A stretch of 64,000 nucleotides of DNA from an uncultured delta proteobacterium (lineage in GTDB: Bacteria; Desulfobacterota; RBG-13-43-22): positions 1 to 64,000 of the forward strand of contig CAVUPH010000018.1 of NCBI GenBank assembly GCA_963743305.1, in the 5' to 3' direction. Both the position numbers and the translations under genes were made by a program. Shown piece by piece: positions 20,884 to 30,871 of this stretch (the first letter of the stretch is position 1; each line of letters begins with the position of its first letter). The notes beneath the pieces are model-generated. The model had not been told where the DNA came from and searched no databases. It saw only the letters and a list, made by a program, of their open reading frames with translations.

Positions 20884-21203
20884 TTCGCCCTTTTGGGTGG
20901 GTGGCCAGAGGGTATAATAGATCACCCTGAATCTAAGCCTTCGTGGCCGTCTGGGTCCCTTGGAAAGGCCTTGCCAAAGGTTCCAAAGGCCATCCGGACT
21001 CCGAATCTGGTCCTAAACATTAACTGGATTTAAAGGCAGGCCCAAACCCGGAGACCCTTAACGCCTTCCCCTTTGGCCCTGCCTCAAGACCGACTTGATA
21101 ACCCAGGGGCCGGGTTAGAACCACAAAAGAAGTGTGGAAAACCCTTTCCAAGGGACCCAAACGGCCCAACCAGCTTTTGGGGGTACCCACCCCAAAAGGC
21201 GAA
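20884..21203. mobile_element. MITE-like element with bipartite terminal inverted repeats
   Basis: Outer IR TTCGCCCTTTTGGGTGGGT / ACCCACCCCAAAAGGCGAA; inner 24-bp IR at 20945-20968 and 21143-21166 with one mismatch. Confidence 0.65.
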
Positions 21204-21230
21204 ATGTTAAATTAAAGAAAGGATTGTCCT

Positions 21231-22385
21231 ATGAACAACTTTTCATTTGTCGGAGCTGGAGAAATTCATTTCGGACGCGGCGCCATCCGTCAGTTGCCGG
21301 AGTTGGCTATACGGTACAGCCGGGATACCGTCTTGGTAACACTGGATCCTTTTTTTTCCAAAGGATCGTTGAAGGCCGATTTAGCGAAACAATTAAAGGC
21401 CGTGGGTCTCCAGCCGGTCTTTTTTGACAAATTGGAAGCCGAACCGGCCCCCGCTTCGGCCGAGGCCGGCGCCCGTCTGGCCGGGGACAAAAAATGTAAA
21501 CTGATCATCGGCCTGGGCGGAGGCAGCGCCCTGGATACGGCTAAGGCCATCGCCGTCCTGGCTACCAACAAAGGGCAGGTCAGCGATTACGTCGGGCTGG
21601 ACCGCGTACCCAAAGCCGGGCTGCCGACCATCCTGATCCCCACCTCCGCCGGGACTGGGAGCGAAGTGACGTTCACCGCCGTCTTCACCAACCGGAAGAC
21701 CAAGACCAAGGGGGGAATAAACAGTCGATTCCTCTTCCCCACCGTGGCCCTGCTGGATCCGGAATTAACCCTGACCCTTCCTCCCCAAATTACCGCCCAG
21801 ACCGGCATGGATGCCCTGACCCATGCCATGGAGGCCTATACTTCCAATAAGGCCAATCCCTTGAGCGACCTGGTGGCTGAAAAGGCGATCGCCCTGATTG
21901 GCGGGTCCCTGAAAAAGGCGGTGCAGAAAGGGAACGATATGCAGGCCCGGGAAAACATGCTTTTAGGCAGCCTGCTGGCCGGGCTGGCCCTGGCCAACGC
22001 CGGGGTGACCGCCGTCCATGCCATGGCCTATCCTCTGGGGGCTTTTTTCAATATCCCCCACGGCCTGGCCAACGCCGTGCTGCTGCCCTACGTCCTGGAA
22101 TTTAACCGCGTCGGGCATCCCGAGCGCTTCGCCCGCATGGAGGCCCTATTGAGCGGCTCCCTTCCGGCCGACTTCCCGGAAAAGGGGGCTAAAAAATGCA
22201 TCCAGAGAGTCACCCGCCTTTCCCGGGCTATCGGCATCCCCCGGAATTTAGCCGAATTGAAGATTCCCCGCAAGGCCATCCCGGAAATGGCCCCGGCAGC
22301 CATGAAAGTCGCCCGTCCCATCGAAAACAATCGCCGGCCGATTACCGAGGAGGATATCATCGCGCTTTATGAAAAGATGTATTAA
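21231..22385 (+). CDS. iron-containing alcohol dehydrogenase
   Basis: GLGGGSALD, PTSAGTGSE, GMDALTH and HAMAY...PHGLAN. Confidence 0.92.
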   Translation: MNNFSFVGAGEIHFGRGAIRQLPELAIRYSRDTVLVTLDPFFSKGSLKADLAKQLKAVGLQPVFFDKLEAEPAPASAEAGARLAGDKKCKLIIGLGGGSALDTAKAIAVLATNKGQVSDYVGLDRVPKAGLPTILIPTSAGTGSEVTFTAVFTNRKTKTKGGINSRFLFPTVALLDPELTLTLPPQITAQTGMDALTHAMEAYTSNKANPLSDLVAEKAIALIGGSLKKAVQKGNDMQARENMLLGSLLAGLALANAGVTAVHAMAYPLGAFFNIPHGLANAVLLPYVLEFNRVGHPERFARMEALLSGSLPADFPEKGAKKCIQRVTRLSRAIGIPRNLAELKIPRKAIPEMAPAAMKVARPIENNRRPITEEDIIALYEKMY

Positions 22386-22441
22386 TTGTTACATATATTG
22401 GCTCGAGAATTTATCTAAAACATCTGATCGAGAGTACCCAT

Positions 22442-22503
22442 AAATTCAAAATCCGAAACACGAAATCCGAAACAAGCACGAAGGCTCAAAATTCAAATGA
22501 CAA
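22442..22503 (+). repeat. degenerate heptamer-repeat element
   Basis: AAATTCA AAATCCG AAACACG AAATCCG AAACAAG... Confidence 0.65.
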
Positions 22504-22550
22504 GCCGGTGAAGGATTCAGGATGACAGTTCGGGACTTGGTGTGAACGCA

Positions 22551-23696
22551 TCAACCCTTTACGTCCTTCGGTTTTTCCCCTATACGGGCTAAGAATTTTT
22601 TTTGTTTGTCCCTGTCCCAATGGGAGCAGAAGGCCGGCTTGCCGCCTATTACTCTTTTCAGGCATAAAGAGCAGGTCGGTTCGCAGGAGACCATCGGTTC
22701 CTGAACCGACCCCTCGGCCTTCTTAGGCCAGAGAGGATCGGCCAGGAGGACTCGGGCCAGCCCGATCAGATCGGCCTGGCCCTCTTGCAGTATCCGTTCG
22801 GCCGTCTCCGGGGTCTGGATCCTGCCGGCGGCGATCACCGGGGTTTGGGGGACAACCGCTTTGATCCGTCCGGCAAAGGAAGCCATATAGCCTTCCTCTC
22901 TTTCGGCCTTCAGGTACTCGGGCAGGAAAAAGGAATCATAGGTGCCGGCCATGACCGAGAGGTAGGCCACCCCCCGTTTTTCCAACTCCCGGGCATAGAC
23001 GGTTGTTTCCGCGGGATGGAGGCCGTCGGGCAGCCACTCATCGGCCAAAAAACGGTACCCCACCGGGAAATCCGGTCCCACGGCGCCCAGCACCGCGTCG
23101 ACCACCTGCAGAGGGAAGCGCATCCGGTTTTCCAAAGATCCCCCGTAGCCATCGGTCCGCTGATTGGTTCGGGGTGAAAGAAACTGGACCAGCAGGTAGC
23201 CGGTCCCCCCGTGAAGCTCTACCCCGTCGAACCCGGCCTCCTTCACCCGCAAGGCGCCGGTCACGAAGGCCCGGGTCACTTGATCCATATCCTCCGGAGT
23301 CATCTCCCGGGGGACCACCCGATAGGTTTCAACAGGGGACGGGGCGATTTTATCGGCCCCGTAGGCATAGCGCCCCGCATGGTTGATCTGCTGGATGGCC
23401 AGGGCCCCCTGTTGGTGAATGGTTTTAGACAGCCCGGAGAGTCCCAAAAGGAACTGCTCCTCATCCACACGGAGGGTAAAGGGCGATCCCATCCCTTTAG
23501 GGCCCACGGCCACGTTTTCCACCACGATTAAGGAGGCCCCCGAGGCCGCCATCTCCTGATAATGGTCCAGGATCAGGGAATTGACGGTCCCATCGGGGTT
23601 GGCATAGCCCAGGAACAGCGGGGCCATGGTGATCCGGTTTTTTAGAGTCAGATTTTTTATGGTAAATGGGGAAAGCAGCAGCGTCTTTTTATTCAT
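22551..23696 (-). CDS. NADH:flavin oxidoreductase (old yellow enzyme family)
   Basis: LKNRITMAP, AGFDGVELH, RTDGYGGSLENR and a C-terminal Cys cluster. Confidence 0.9.
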   Translation of the reverse strand: MNKKTLLLSPFTIKNLTLKNRITMAPLFLGYANPDGTVNSLILDHYQEMAASGASLIVVENVAVGPKGMGSPFTLRVDEEQFLLGLSGLSKTIHQQGALAIQQINHAGRYAYGADKIAPSPVETYRVVPREMTPEDMDQVTRAFVTGALRVKEAGFDGVELHGGTGYLLVQFLSPRTNQRTDGYGGSLENRMRFPLQVVDAVLGAVGPDFPVGYRFLADEWLPDGLHPAETTVYARELEKRGVAYLSVMAGTYDSFFLPEYLKAEREEGYMASFAGRIKAVVPQTPVIAAGRIQTPETAERILQEGQADLIGLARVLLADPLWPKKAEGSVQEPMVSCEPTCSLCLKRVIGGKPAFCSHWDRDKQKKFLARIGEKPKDVKG

Positions 23697-23925
23697 AGTA
23701 CCTCCCAGGATATGTTGAATGGCGTTAAGGGAAAAAGGCGGTTCACTCAAACCGGTTCGTAGAGATACGGTTTGGGAGAAGCGATCTTACCCTGCCCTTT
23801 TAGGATAACAGAGGACAATTTTTTTTACAAATAGGGAAAATCCTGTAAAATAAAAATAAGGAGCTGCCGTTTATGCCCCAGGGGCTCGTGAAACTTCATT
23901 CAAAAAGGAAATTTTATCTGGAACG

Positions 23926-24684
23926 ATGAAACCAATCTATTGGGAAGAAGCCTATCGCCTTCGTACCTATGAAGTTGATTTCCAAAACCGCTTGCGCCTC
24001 AGTGCCTTGTTTCATTTTATGCAGGAGACGGCCAGCAATCAGATTGAGCGCCAAGGGGTAGGAATAGACATCCTGCGGGCCGACAACTTGGCTTGGGTGC
24101 TTTCCCGTCTGCTGATCGTGATGGACCGTTACCCCGGATGGGGGGAGGAAATCCTGGTTAAGACCTGGCCCCGGGGGATAGAGCGCTTGTTCGCCCTGCG
24201 GGATTTTCTGATTACCAGCCGGCAGGGCGAAGTGCTGGGTCGGGTGACCTCCAACTGGCTGCTCGTTAATCTTAAGACCCGAAGACCCAAGAGATTGGAG
24301 GAGGTTTTTAAACGTATGCCGATTGATCCCGGACAGCGCGCCTTGGATCGGCGATTGGAAAAGCTCCCTCCCCTGGAATCACCCGAGGAGACGCTTGGCT
24401 TCAAGGCCGCCTACCAGCACATCGATTTGAACAGCCATGTGAACAATGCCCATTATGTCGGCTGGATTTTAAACAGTTTCCCTTTGAACTTCCATCAGCA
24501 TTACCAGTTGGCCGGGTTGCAGATCAACTTCCTGGCCGAAATCCAAGGGGGCGAGGTGCTCACCATTTACCGGGAAAGAATCGGAAAGGGCGAATACCTT
24601 TCGCAGGGAATCGAAGGACGAAAAAATGACGGGCAGACCCTGGCCTGCCAGGCCAGAGTGGATTGGACCAGATCTTCTTCCTAA
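23926..24684 (+). CDS. acyl-ACP thioesterase
   Basis: FMQETA, WVLSR and IDLNSHVNNAHY. Confidence 0.88.
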   Translation: MKPIYWEEAYRLRTYEVDFQNRLRLSALFHFMQETASNQIERQGVGIDILRADNLAWVLSRLLIVMDRYPGWGEEILVKTWPRGIERLFALRDFLITSRQGEVLGRVTSNWLLVNLKTRRPKRLEEVFKRMPIDPGQRALDRRLEKLPPLESPEETLGFKAAYQHIDLNSHVNNAHYVGWILNSFPLNFHQHYQLAGLQINFLAEIQGGEVLTIYRERIGKGEYLSQGIEGRKNDGQTLACQARVDWTRSSS

Positions 24685-24769
24685 TTTGAAATTCCTTTGA
24701 CAGGATTTAGATGTTGGGCTATTGGTTGATAACCATACTAATTTAATTAGAAAAAAGGAGGCATAAGAA

Positions 24770-25966
24770 ATGCCCGGTTATGAAGTGCTTGGGGAAGAAG
24801 AAAGAAAAGAGATTCTGGAAGTTCTGGAAACGGGCGTCCTTTTTCGTTACGGGTTTCCGGCCCAGCGGCAGGGCCGTTATAAGGTGGAAGAGTTTGAAAA
24901 GGCCTTTGCCGCTTTTACCGGACGGAAGCATGCCTTGGCCGTCTCCTCCGGGAGCACGGCCCTGAGGGTGGCCTTGGCCGCCCTCGGCGTGGGCTTCGGG
25001 GATGAAGTTATCACCACCGGGTTTACTTTCGTGGCCACCTGGGAAGCCATTCTGGAGACCGGGGCCGTACCGGTATTCACTGAAATCGATGACACCTTGA
25101 ATATGGATCCGCAAGATTTGGAAAAGAAGATTACCCCCCAGACTCGGGCCGTCATTCCGGTCCATATGCTGGGAGCCCAGGCGAATATTGAGCCCATCCT
25201 GGAAGTCGCCTGCCGGCACAACCTGCCGGTCATTGAAGATACAGCCCAGGCCGCTGGGGGATATATTCGGGACAAGCACCTGGGGTCCTTCGGGGCCATC
25301 GGCACCTTTTCCTTTGATTCGGTTAAGACCCTGACCACCGGTGAGGGCGGGATGCTGATCATGGACGACCCCGAACTTTATCGCCGGGCCTCGGAATACC
25401 ACGATCACGGCCACGACCATATTGGTACTGATCGCGGTCTGGAAGGCCGGAGTTTCATCGGCTTCAACTACCGGATGATGGAGTTGCAGGGGGCGCTGGG
25501 GTTGGCGCAACTGCGGAAACTCCCGGAGATGATCGCCCGGCAGCGGGAAAACAAGAGCCGTCTGAAGGCCATCCTTTCAGGGTTGAAGGGGATCAGGTTC
25601 CGTCAACTGCCGGATCCGGAGGGCGACACCGCAACTTTCCTGGCTTTTTTTCTGCCCGATCCGGGAAAGACCCTGACCTTCAAAGAATTAGCCGGGATAA
25701 GCGGGGTTGGTCTGGTTTATTTTTTTCAGAACACCTGGCATTATTACCGTAATTGGGAACATCTGCTGGGACAGAAGTCCCCCGACCACAATGGCTGGCC
25801 TTTTCGGGCCGCTGACGGGCGTGAACTTCAATACCCGCCGGATGCGCTTCCCCAGTCCGATGCCCTGATGGCCCGGACCCTGGTCCTGCCCATCAACATC
25901 AAGATGGATGAGGCGATTTTCGGCAAGGTGAAGCAGTTGGTCTCCGAGGCCAACAAATTTTTTTAG
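24770..25966 (+). CDS. DegT/DnrJ/EryC1/StrS aminotransferase, KdnA-like
   Basis: SSGSTAL, EDTAQA and FSFDSVKTLTTGEGG; MPGYE..GEEE..E..EV..TG..FRY N-terminus; adjacent to kdsB. Confidence 0.85.
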   Translation: MPGYEVLGEEERKEILEVLETGVLFRYGFPAQRQGRYKVEEFEKAFAAFTGRKHALAVSSGSTALRVALAALGVGFGDEVITTGFTFVATWEAILETGAVPVFTEIDDTLNMDPQDLEKKITPQTRAVIPVHMLGAQANIEPILEVACRHNLPVIEDTAQAAGGYIRDKHLGSFGAIGTFSFDSVKTLTTGEGGMLIMDDPELYRRASEYHDHGHDHIGTDRGLEGRSFIGFNYRMMELQGALGLAQLRKLPEMIARQRENKSRLKAILSGLKGIRFRQLPDPEGDTATFLAFFLPDPGKTLTFKELAGISGVGLVYFFQNTWHYYRNWEHLLGQKSPDHNGWPFRAADGRELQYPPDALPQSDALMARTLVLPINIKMDEAIFGKVKQLVSEANKFF

Positions 25967-25987
25967 CCGGGGAGGCTAAAAAAATTT

Positions 25988-26725
25988 ATGGACACCATCA
26001 TTATTATTCCGGCCCGGTATGAATCCTCCCGATTCCCCGGCAAGCCCTTGGCTCAGATTCACGGCTGCCCGATGATCGGCCGGGTGATTCTGCGGGCCAG
26101 GCAGATCAGCGGGGTTTCCCGAATCGCCGTGGCCACCGATGACGAGCGGATCATCGCCTGTGCCCGGGAATTTCAGGTCCCGATACTCCGAACCCGCTCG
26201 GAGCACCGGACGGGGACCGACCGGATCGCCGAAGCCGCCGATCAACTGGATCTGGCTCCCGACACGCTGGTGGTCAATATCCAGGGTGACCAGCCTTTTT
26301 TCCCCTTCCAGGCCGTTGCGGACCTGATCGCCGGTCATCAAGAGAATCCGCAATGGCCCCTGAGCACCCTGATCTACCGCATCACCGACCCGGCCGAGAT
26401 CCCGGATCCCAAGCATGTGAAGACCGTCTTCGATTTCAGCGGCCGGGCCCTTTACTTCTCCCGCTCCCCCATCCCTTTTTACCGCGACGGCGATCCCGAC
26501 CCGGTCTATTACAAACACCTGGGCATTTACGCCTACCGCCGGGACTTCCTCGACATCTTTACTTCGCTGCCCACCGGTCCCCTGGAAGCCGCCGAGAAAC
26601 TCGAACAGCTCCGGGCCCTCGAGCACGGCTACCCGGTCCAGGTGATCATTACCTCCCACGATTCCTTCGAAGTGGATTCTCCTGAGGACCTGCATCGGTT
26701 GCCGGAAGAAAAAACCGCTTCTTGA
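25988..26725 (+). CDS. kdsB: CMP-Kdo synthetase
   Basis: IPARYESSRFPGKPL, TGTDR, NIQGDQP and EKLEQLRAL. Confidence 0.95.
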   Translation: MDTIIIIPARYESSRFPGKPLAQIHGCPMIGRVILRARQISGVSRIAVATDDERIIACAREFQVPILRTRSEHRTGTDRIAEAADQLDLAPDTLVVNIQGDQPFFPFQAVADLIAGHQENPQWPLSTLIYRITDPAEIPDPKHVKTVFDFSGRALYFSRSPIPFYRDGDPDPVYYKHLGIYAYRRDFLDIFTSLPTGPLEAAEKLEQLRALEHGYPVQVIITSHDSFEVDSPEDLHRLPEEKTAS

Positions 26726-26968
26726 CAATCCGTTTTGAAGACAATGTCAAACAATTTCTGACCCACTTTAAAAACTCAAAAGGAGGCCCGACTTGGAAAG
26801 AGTTGCTGCCTATCTTGACGAATTTGACTTCTATTTCGGAAAATCGAGTCACGAAAAAAAGGCTTTCCAGGGTCAAACATGCCATGAAATAAAAGGTGCT
26901 ATCTCGGCTTAACGAATTGAAAAAATAAAGGATTATATGTCCGCAACCGTTCAACTTCGAGTCAGACT

Positions 26969-27380
26969 ATGTTTGAAGTTTATTTTTATGATAAATCCCT
27001 CCCAGATTCTGCTTTACCTCATCAAAGACTTATTTTAACCGATCAAATCGTTCTAAACGTGGATCGAGGATTGGACTTCCTAGATAAAAAAACCAGAATA
27101 TGCCAGGATACCTATATTAATTACCAAAAGCCAGAAGAAGTTCGGAGACTACTTGACTCTTACGTTTCAGGAAACATTTTGCCCACCGTCGGACGAAACG
27201 ACCCCTGCCCCTGCGGTAGCAGTAGAAAGGCCAAGAAATGATGCCTGGCCGAAATCCAGTTGGTCTCTGCCGAGGAGCTTCACTATCAGCGACTATCAAA
27301 AGCCTATAATAGATTCTTCAACAACATTGAAAACTTTGGTTGTCGGTTTTTAGGACCGGGGCCGATGTATAGGGGAGTTT
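26969..27380 (+). pseudogene. chimeric remnant: unknown fragment joined to a decayed copy of the 5' end of the SEC-C gene at 27970
   Basis: PTVGRNDPCPCGSSRKAKK*CLAE...HYQRLSKAYNRFF...LGP parallels MPTIGRNDPCPCGSGKKYKKCCLNE...HYQRLSEAYNRLF...LGP. Confidence 0.7.
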
Positions 27381-27430
27381 GACGGGAAATGTCATTCCGG
27401 GACTTATTGAATAAAAATAAACAAAGCCCA

Positions 27431-27948
27431 ATGAAGAAGGGAAAGCAGGTGATTTCCGATACCAAACCCAAAGCCCAAGCCCGTCAGCAGGAAACATTCG
27501 CCCGGATGACCGGAGAAGAACGGGTCTGCGCGGCCATGGCGCTGAGTGACCAGATGCGAGATATCGCTCTGGCGGGATTAAAGAAAAGGTATCCAAGGCC
27601 GGGATTGATTTTATGGTGGTCGGCTCCGTGGCGGCTAGTTTTCACGGCCATCCCCGGACCACCATGGACATCGATGCCGTCGTAGAAGGGGATGAAGAAA
27701 CCCTGCGACGGTTCGCCCGATCCCTGGGGGAGGGGTATTACGTAGATGAAGAGGAAATCAAACAGGCCGTTCGATCCCAGCGGGCCTTCAATATCATCGA
27801 TGAGTCCTCCGGTTATAAAGCCGACCTGATTATCAGGAAGAACCGGCCGTTCAGCATCGAAAAATGGTCTAAGGAACTGGGCGTTTGGGATCTTTGGCAG
27901 CGTTTAAAGTCGGAGGTGTTCCCTATTGGGAAAGGAAAAAAATTATAA
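27431..27948 (+). pseudogene. decayed small-partner / nucleotidyltransferase-like gene pair
   Basis: SDT.P.A...RMTGEER...GLKKRYP is cut short and runs into VVGSVAASFHGHPRTTMDID (NTase GS..DxD), which looks internally deleted. Confidence 0.55.
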
Positions 27949-27969
27949 ATCGTTGGGAGTGGTTAAGAT

Positions 27970-29436
27970 ATGCCTACCATCGGACGAAATGACCCCTGTC
28001 CCTGCGGCAGTGGGAAAAAGTACAAGAAATGCTGTCTAAACGAAACCAAGGTAGTTTCTACCGAGGAGTTCCACTACCAGCGGTTGTCGGAGGCGTATAA
28101 CCGTCTATTTGAGAAAATGGCTGAATATTGTGGACGGGTGCTGGGGCCGGAGGCGGAGGACCGGGCTCTGTCCGAGTACTGGATGGCCGCCGGCGTAGAC
28201 GTCTCTCCGGACGACGAGGATATTAAACGGCAGATGCCCCTGTTCGCCCCCTGGATGGTTTTCAACTGGGAGGTTGACACGTCTGCTTCCGCCAAAAATC
28301 GACCGGCCATCGAGGGGAAGACAGTAGCCGAAATCCTTCTCCAGGATCCGACTTGCCGGCTCGATTCCCTGGAACGCCGGGTGGCCGAAGCCTCCAATCG
28401 TAACCCTTACCGTTTTTTCGAAGTGCTGCGGGTGGACCCCGGGAAACGGGTCTATCTGCAGGACGTCTTGACGGGTGTCACGTATACGGTCCAGGAGCGG
28501 TCCGGGTCGCATTATATGAAACCGCATGACCTGCTCTTCGGCCGAGTGGCCGCGATCGACGAAGTCAACATGTTTATCGGGCTGGCCCCCTATACCATTC
28601 CGCCCGCCTACAAGGTCGGCCTCATCGAATTGCGAAACCGGTTGAAGGCGGGAAAGGCGGGGATCACCGAGGCCGACATCCGGGCCGGGGAGACGGAAAT
28701 CCGCCGGGAGTTTCTTCTGATGGACCACTTCCTACACCATCCCCCCACCATCTGCAACACCGATGGCGATCCTCTGGAACCGCATAAATTGATTTTCGAG
28801 ATCGATTCGCCGGAAAGGGTGTTCGATGAATTGGCGTCCCTCAGTGTCACCGAATCCAAGGAAGAATTCCTCCGTAGCGCCCGCTACAATCCGGATGGAA
28901 GCCTTCGCCGGGTGGAATGGGACTGGAGCCGGCCGGGCCATAAACAAAGCCCTGGAATGTCCAATACGATTCTCGGTAATTTGAAAATCGACGGAAGCCG
29001 GTTGACGGTCGAGGTGAATTCGGCGAATCGGGCCAAAAAAATTCGAAAAAATATCGAAAAACGTTTGGGAACCACGGTTCGGTTCAAACTGGACGAAATC
29101 ACTCCATTCAGACCACAGGAAGTGTGGGAATCCTCTCAAGACCCGGATAGGCGGGAATCGGCCTCCGACAAATCCCTGATCCAGAATCCGGAGGTGCAAC
29201 GGGTCCTGGCCGAAAGCATGCGGTCTCATTGGGAAGGCTGGGTGGACATGAAAATCCCGGCTTTGGGTAACCGGACCCCGCGGGAGGCGATTCGCACGGC
29301 CGACGGTCGGGAAGCCGTGGAGGCCCTGCTCCAGGATTTTGGACGCGGCAGGGCCGTTCAACCGGAGTTGGACGAGCTCAACCGGCGCGGGGTTCAACGG
29401 GTCAGAGAGTTATTGGGCTTGCCTAAGAAAGCATAG
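27970..29436 (+). CDS. SEC-C motif protein with a C-terminal Xre/MbcA/ParS-antitoxin-like segment
   Basis: GRNDPCPCGSGKKYKKCC; WVDMKIPALGNRTPREA. Confidence 0.75.
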   Translation: MPTIGRNDPCPCGSGKKYKKCCLNETKVVSTEEFHYQRLSEAYNRLFEKMAEYCGRVLGPEAEDRALSEYWMAAGVDVSPDDEDIKRQMPLFAPWMVFNWEVDTSASAKNRPAIEGKTVAEILLQDPTCRLDSLERRVAEASNRNPYRFFEVLRVDPGKRVYLQDVLTGVTYTVQERSGSHYMKPHDLLFGRVAAIDEVNMFIGLAPYTIPPAYKVGLIELRNRLKAGKAGITEADIRAGETEIRREFLLMDHFLHHPPTICNTDGDPLEPHKLIFEIDSPERVFDELASLSVTESKEEFLRSARYNPDGSLRRVEWDWSRPGHKQSPGMSNTILGNLKIDGSRLTVEVNSANRAKKIRKNIEKRLGTTVRFKLDEITPFRPQEVWESSQDPDRRESASDKSLIQNPEVQRVLAESMRSHWEGWVDMKIPALGNRTPREAIRTADGREAVEALLQDFGRGRAVQPELDELNRRGVQRVRELLGLPKKA

Positions 29437-29440
29437 GAAT

Positions 29441-29926
29441 ATGGAATCCCCTTCTCCCCCCAAATGTCTCGAATGCGCTAAATTTTATCGGCATCAGCCC
29501 CATGCCGTGTGTCGGGTCTGCAATGACTTCAGACGGGAAGAAACGATTTTATGTGATCTAAACCGAAGGATACAGAAACCAGACCCGGATGAAATTATAG
29601 TCAATCTTAAATATCACCTGCTCTGAAACACGGCTCACCGAAGACCGTTCTTCACACCTCCCAAAACGCACTTTGAAAATCTATTCGACCTATTTCTTGG
29701 TTTCGGGGAATTGGTCGGTGGTCTGGCTGCCTTGATGTGGCTGGCCCCGGACCATGTCCATATCTACGTGGAAACGGATGGGGATAAATCCTTGGAGGCG
29801 ATCGTTAAGAAATTAAAGGCCTCTTCTTCCAAAGCTATTCAAAACCAATTCCCTGACATCCCGGGGAGACTGGGAAAAGGGGTCGGCCTTTGGGATAAGG
29901 TCTATTTTTTGGAAACCATTGGTTGA
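29441..29926 (+). pseudogene. IS200/IS605 TnpA-like (Y1 HUH) transposase remnant with a Cys-rich N-terminus and an in-frame TGA at 29624
   Basis: LKYHLL*N, PDHVHI (HUH), LKASSS and LWDKVYF.ETIG in one frame; N-terminal CxxC..CxxC..C. Confidence 0.7.
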
Positions 29927-30315
29927 AGGTATTTGTATAATTTTCGGCAGGTGGCGTCAAAGGAGCGGGACTCCTCTTCGGAATCCAAATGGCGGCAATA
30001 GGGACCGCCCTCCAGTCCGATCATTTCCATCAGTTTCTGTTGGGGAGTAAAGCGGCGGTATTCATTGTCATCGTTGACCTCCCGAATGATCTCCCCGCCG
30101 AGCAGCCAGAGGTTATCGATGTGGTTTCGGATAGTTGACTTGGACCACCCGTAATCGATAAGCGACTGAATGAAAGGACGAAATACCTCGACAAGTCCTT
30201 CCCCATAGGGAACATCTTTGTCCTCACCTTTCCAACTGTCGGGCCATTCCTGAAAATCGGGGCAGATCTTTTCCAGGGTCAACGAGGGCTTACGCTTCTT
30301 TACCGTTTCTGCCAT
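29902..30315 (-). CDS. hypothetical protein
   Basis: Clean ORF with SD AGGAG; WPDSW and NLWLLGGEIIR. Confidence 0.65.
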   Translation of the reverse strand: MAETVKKRKPSLTLEKICPDFQEWPDSWKGEDKDVPYGEGLVEVFRPFIQSLIDYGWSKSTIRNHIDNLWLLGGEIIREVNDDNEYRRFTPQQKLMEMIGLEGGPYCRHLDSEEESRSFDATCRKLYKYLQPMVSKK

Positions 30316-30365
30316 GGCTCTCCTTTTGATTTTAATCTGATGGTTGTTCAAGAAGTCCCCCGGGC

Positions 30366-30481
30366 TGTCATCCTGAGCGAAGCGAAGGATCTCGTCTTTC
30401 GGCTCAGGGTTAACTCCGTGAAGTATCCCTCAAATAGCTGATAAAATAAAAAGGGATTCTTCGCTCTCGCTCAGAATGACA
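30366..30481. repeat. REP-type palindromic element (GTCATCCTGAGCGAAGCGAAGGATC class)
   Basis: TGTCATCCTGAGCGAAGCGAAGGATC ... GATTCTTCGCTCTCGCTCAGAATGACA inverted pair. Confidence 0.75.
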
Positions 30482-30534
30482 AACTTGAACTGATCGACTT
30501 TTTGCGAGTCTGTCAATTGTCATCCATCCGATGC

Positions 30535-30708
30535 TTAGAGAAGCTTTTTCAATTCCTTCTGCTTCTGCTCGATTTCCTCTTCCAGCTCTTCGATGACCAG
30601 CAATTGGTGGGGGCGAATGGAGTGGGCCGGCAAGGCCGCTTCGCGGTCGGCCTTATCCAACTTTAGTTTTTCTATCTCTTCTTGAAGCTGGGCTATTTTA
30701 AGGTCCAT
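30535..30708 (-). CDS. small coiled-coil protein (PAHSIRPHQ motif)
   Basis: Heptad pattern around LPAHSIRPHQL. Confidence 0.65.
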   Translation of the reverse strand: MDLKIAQLQEEIEKLKLDKADREAALPAHSIRPHQLLVIEELEEEIEQKQKELKKLL

Positions 30709-30871
30709 GGGGAGTGATCCTATCAAAAACCTTGAAGAAGTCAAGAAGGCTTCAAGCCCTCATCCCCCTTCAGGGCCGCAGACGAAGTGGGAGTCATTTA
30801 GATCGGCAGGGGTGCGACCACCTGGGAGGAGACAAATATCCAGGTAACCAAGGGGGGGCATTTCGTCCCAT

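Noticed and set aside
27239-27241. TGA aligned with a Cys of the SEC-C motif (KK*C), a possible Sec
   Set aside because: It lies in a visibly decayed duplicate that loses similarity soon after, and only a weak hairpin follows. A TGC-to-TGA nonsense change is the simpler explanation.
29624-29626. In-frame TGA in the TnpA-like gene as Sec or a recoded codon
   Set aside because: It aligns with Trp rather than Cys, no SECIS-like hairpin follows, and TGA is a normal stop elsewhere in the window.
30714-30870. Possible ncRNA between the coiled-coil gene and the SPOR gene
   Set aside because: I could not match it to a known RNA family or find a convincing fold by eye.
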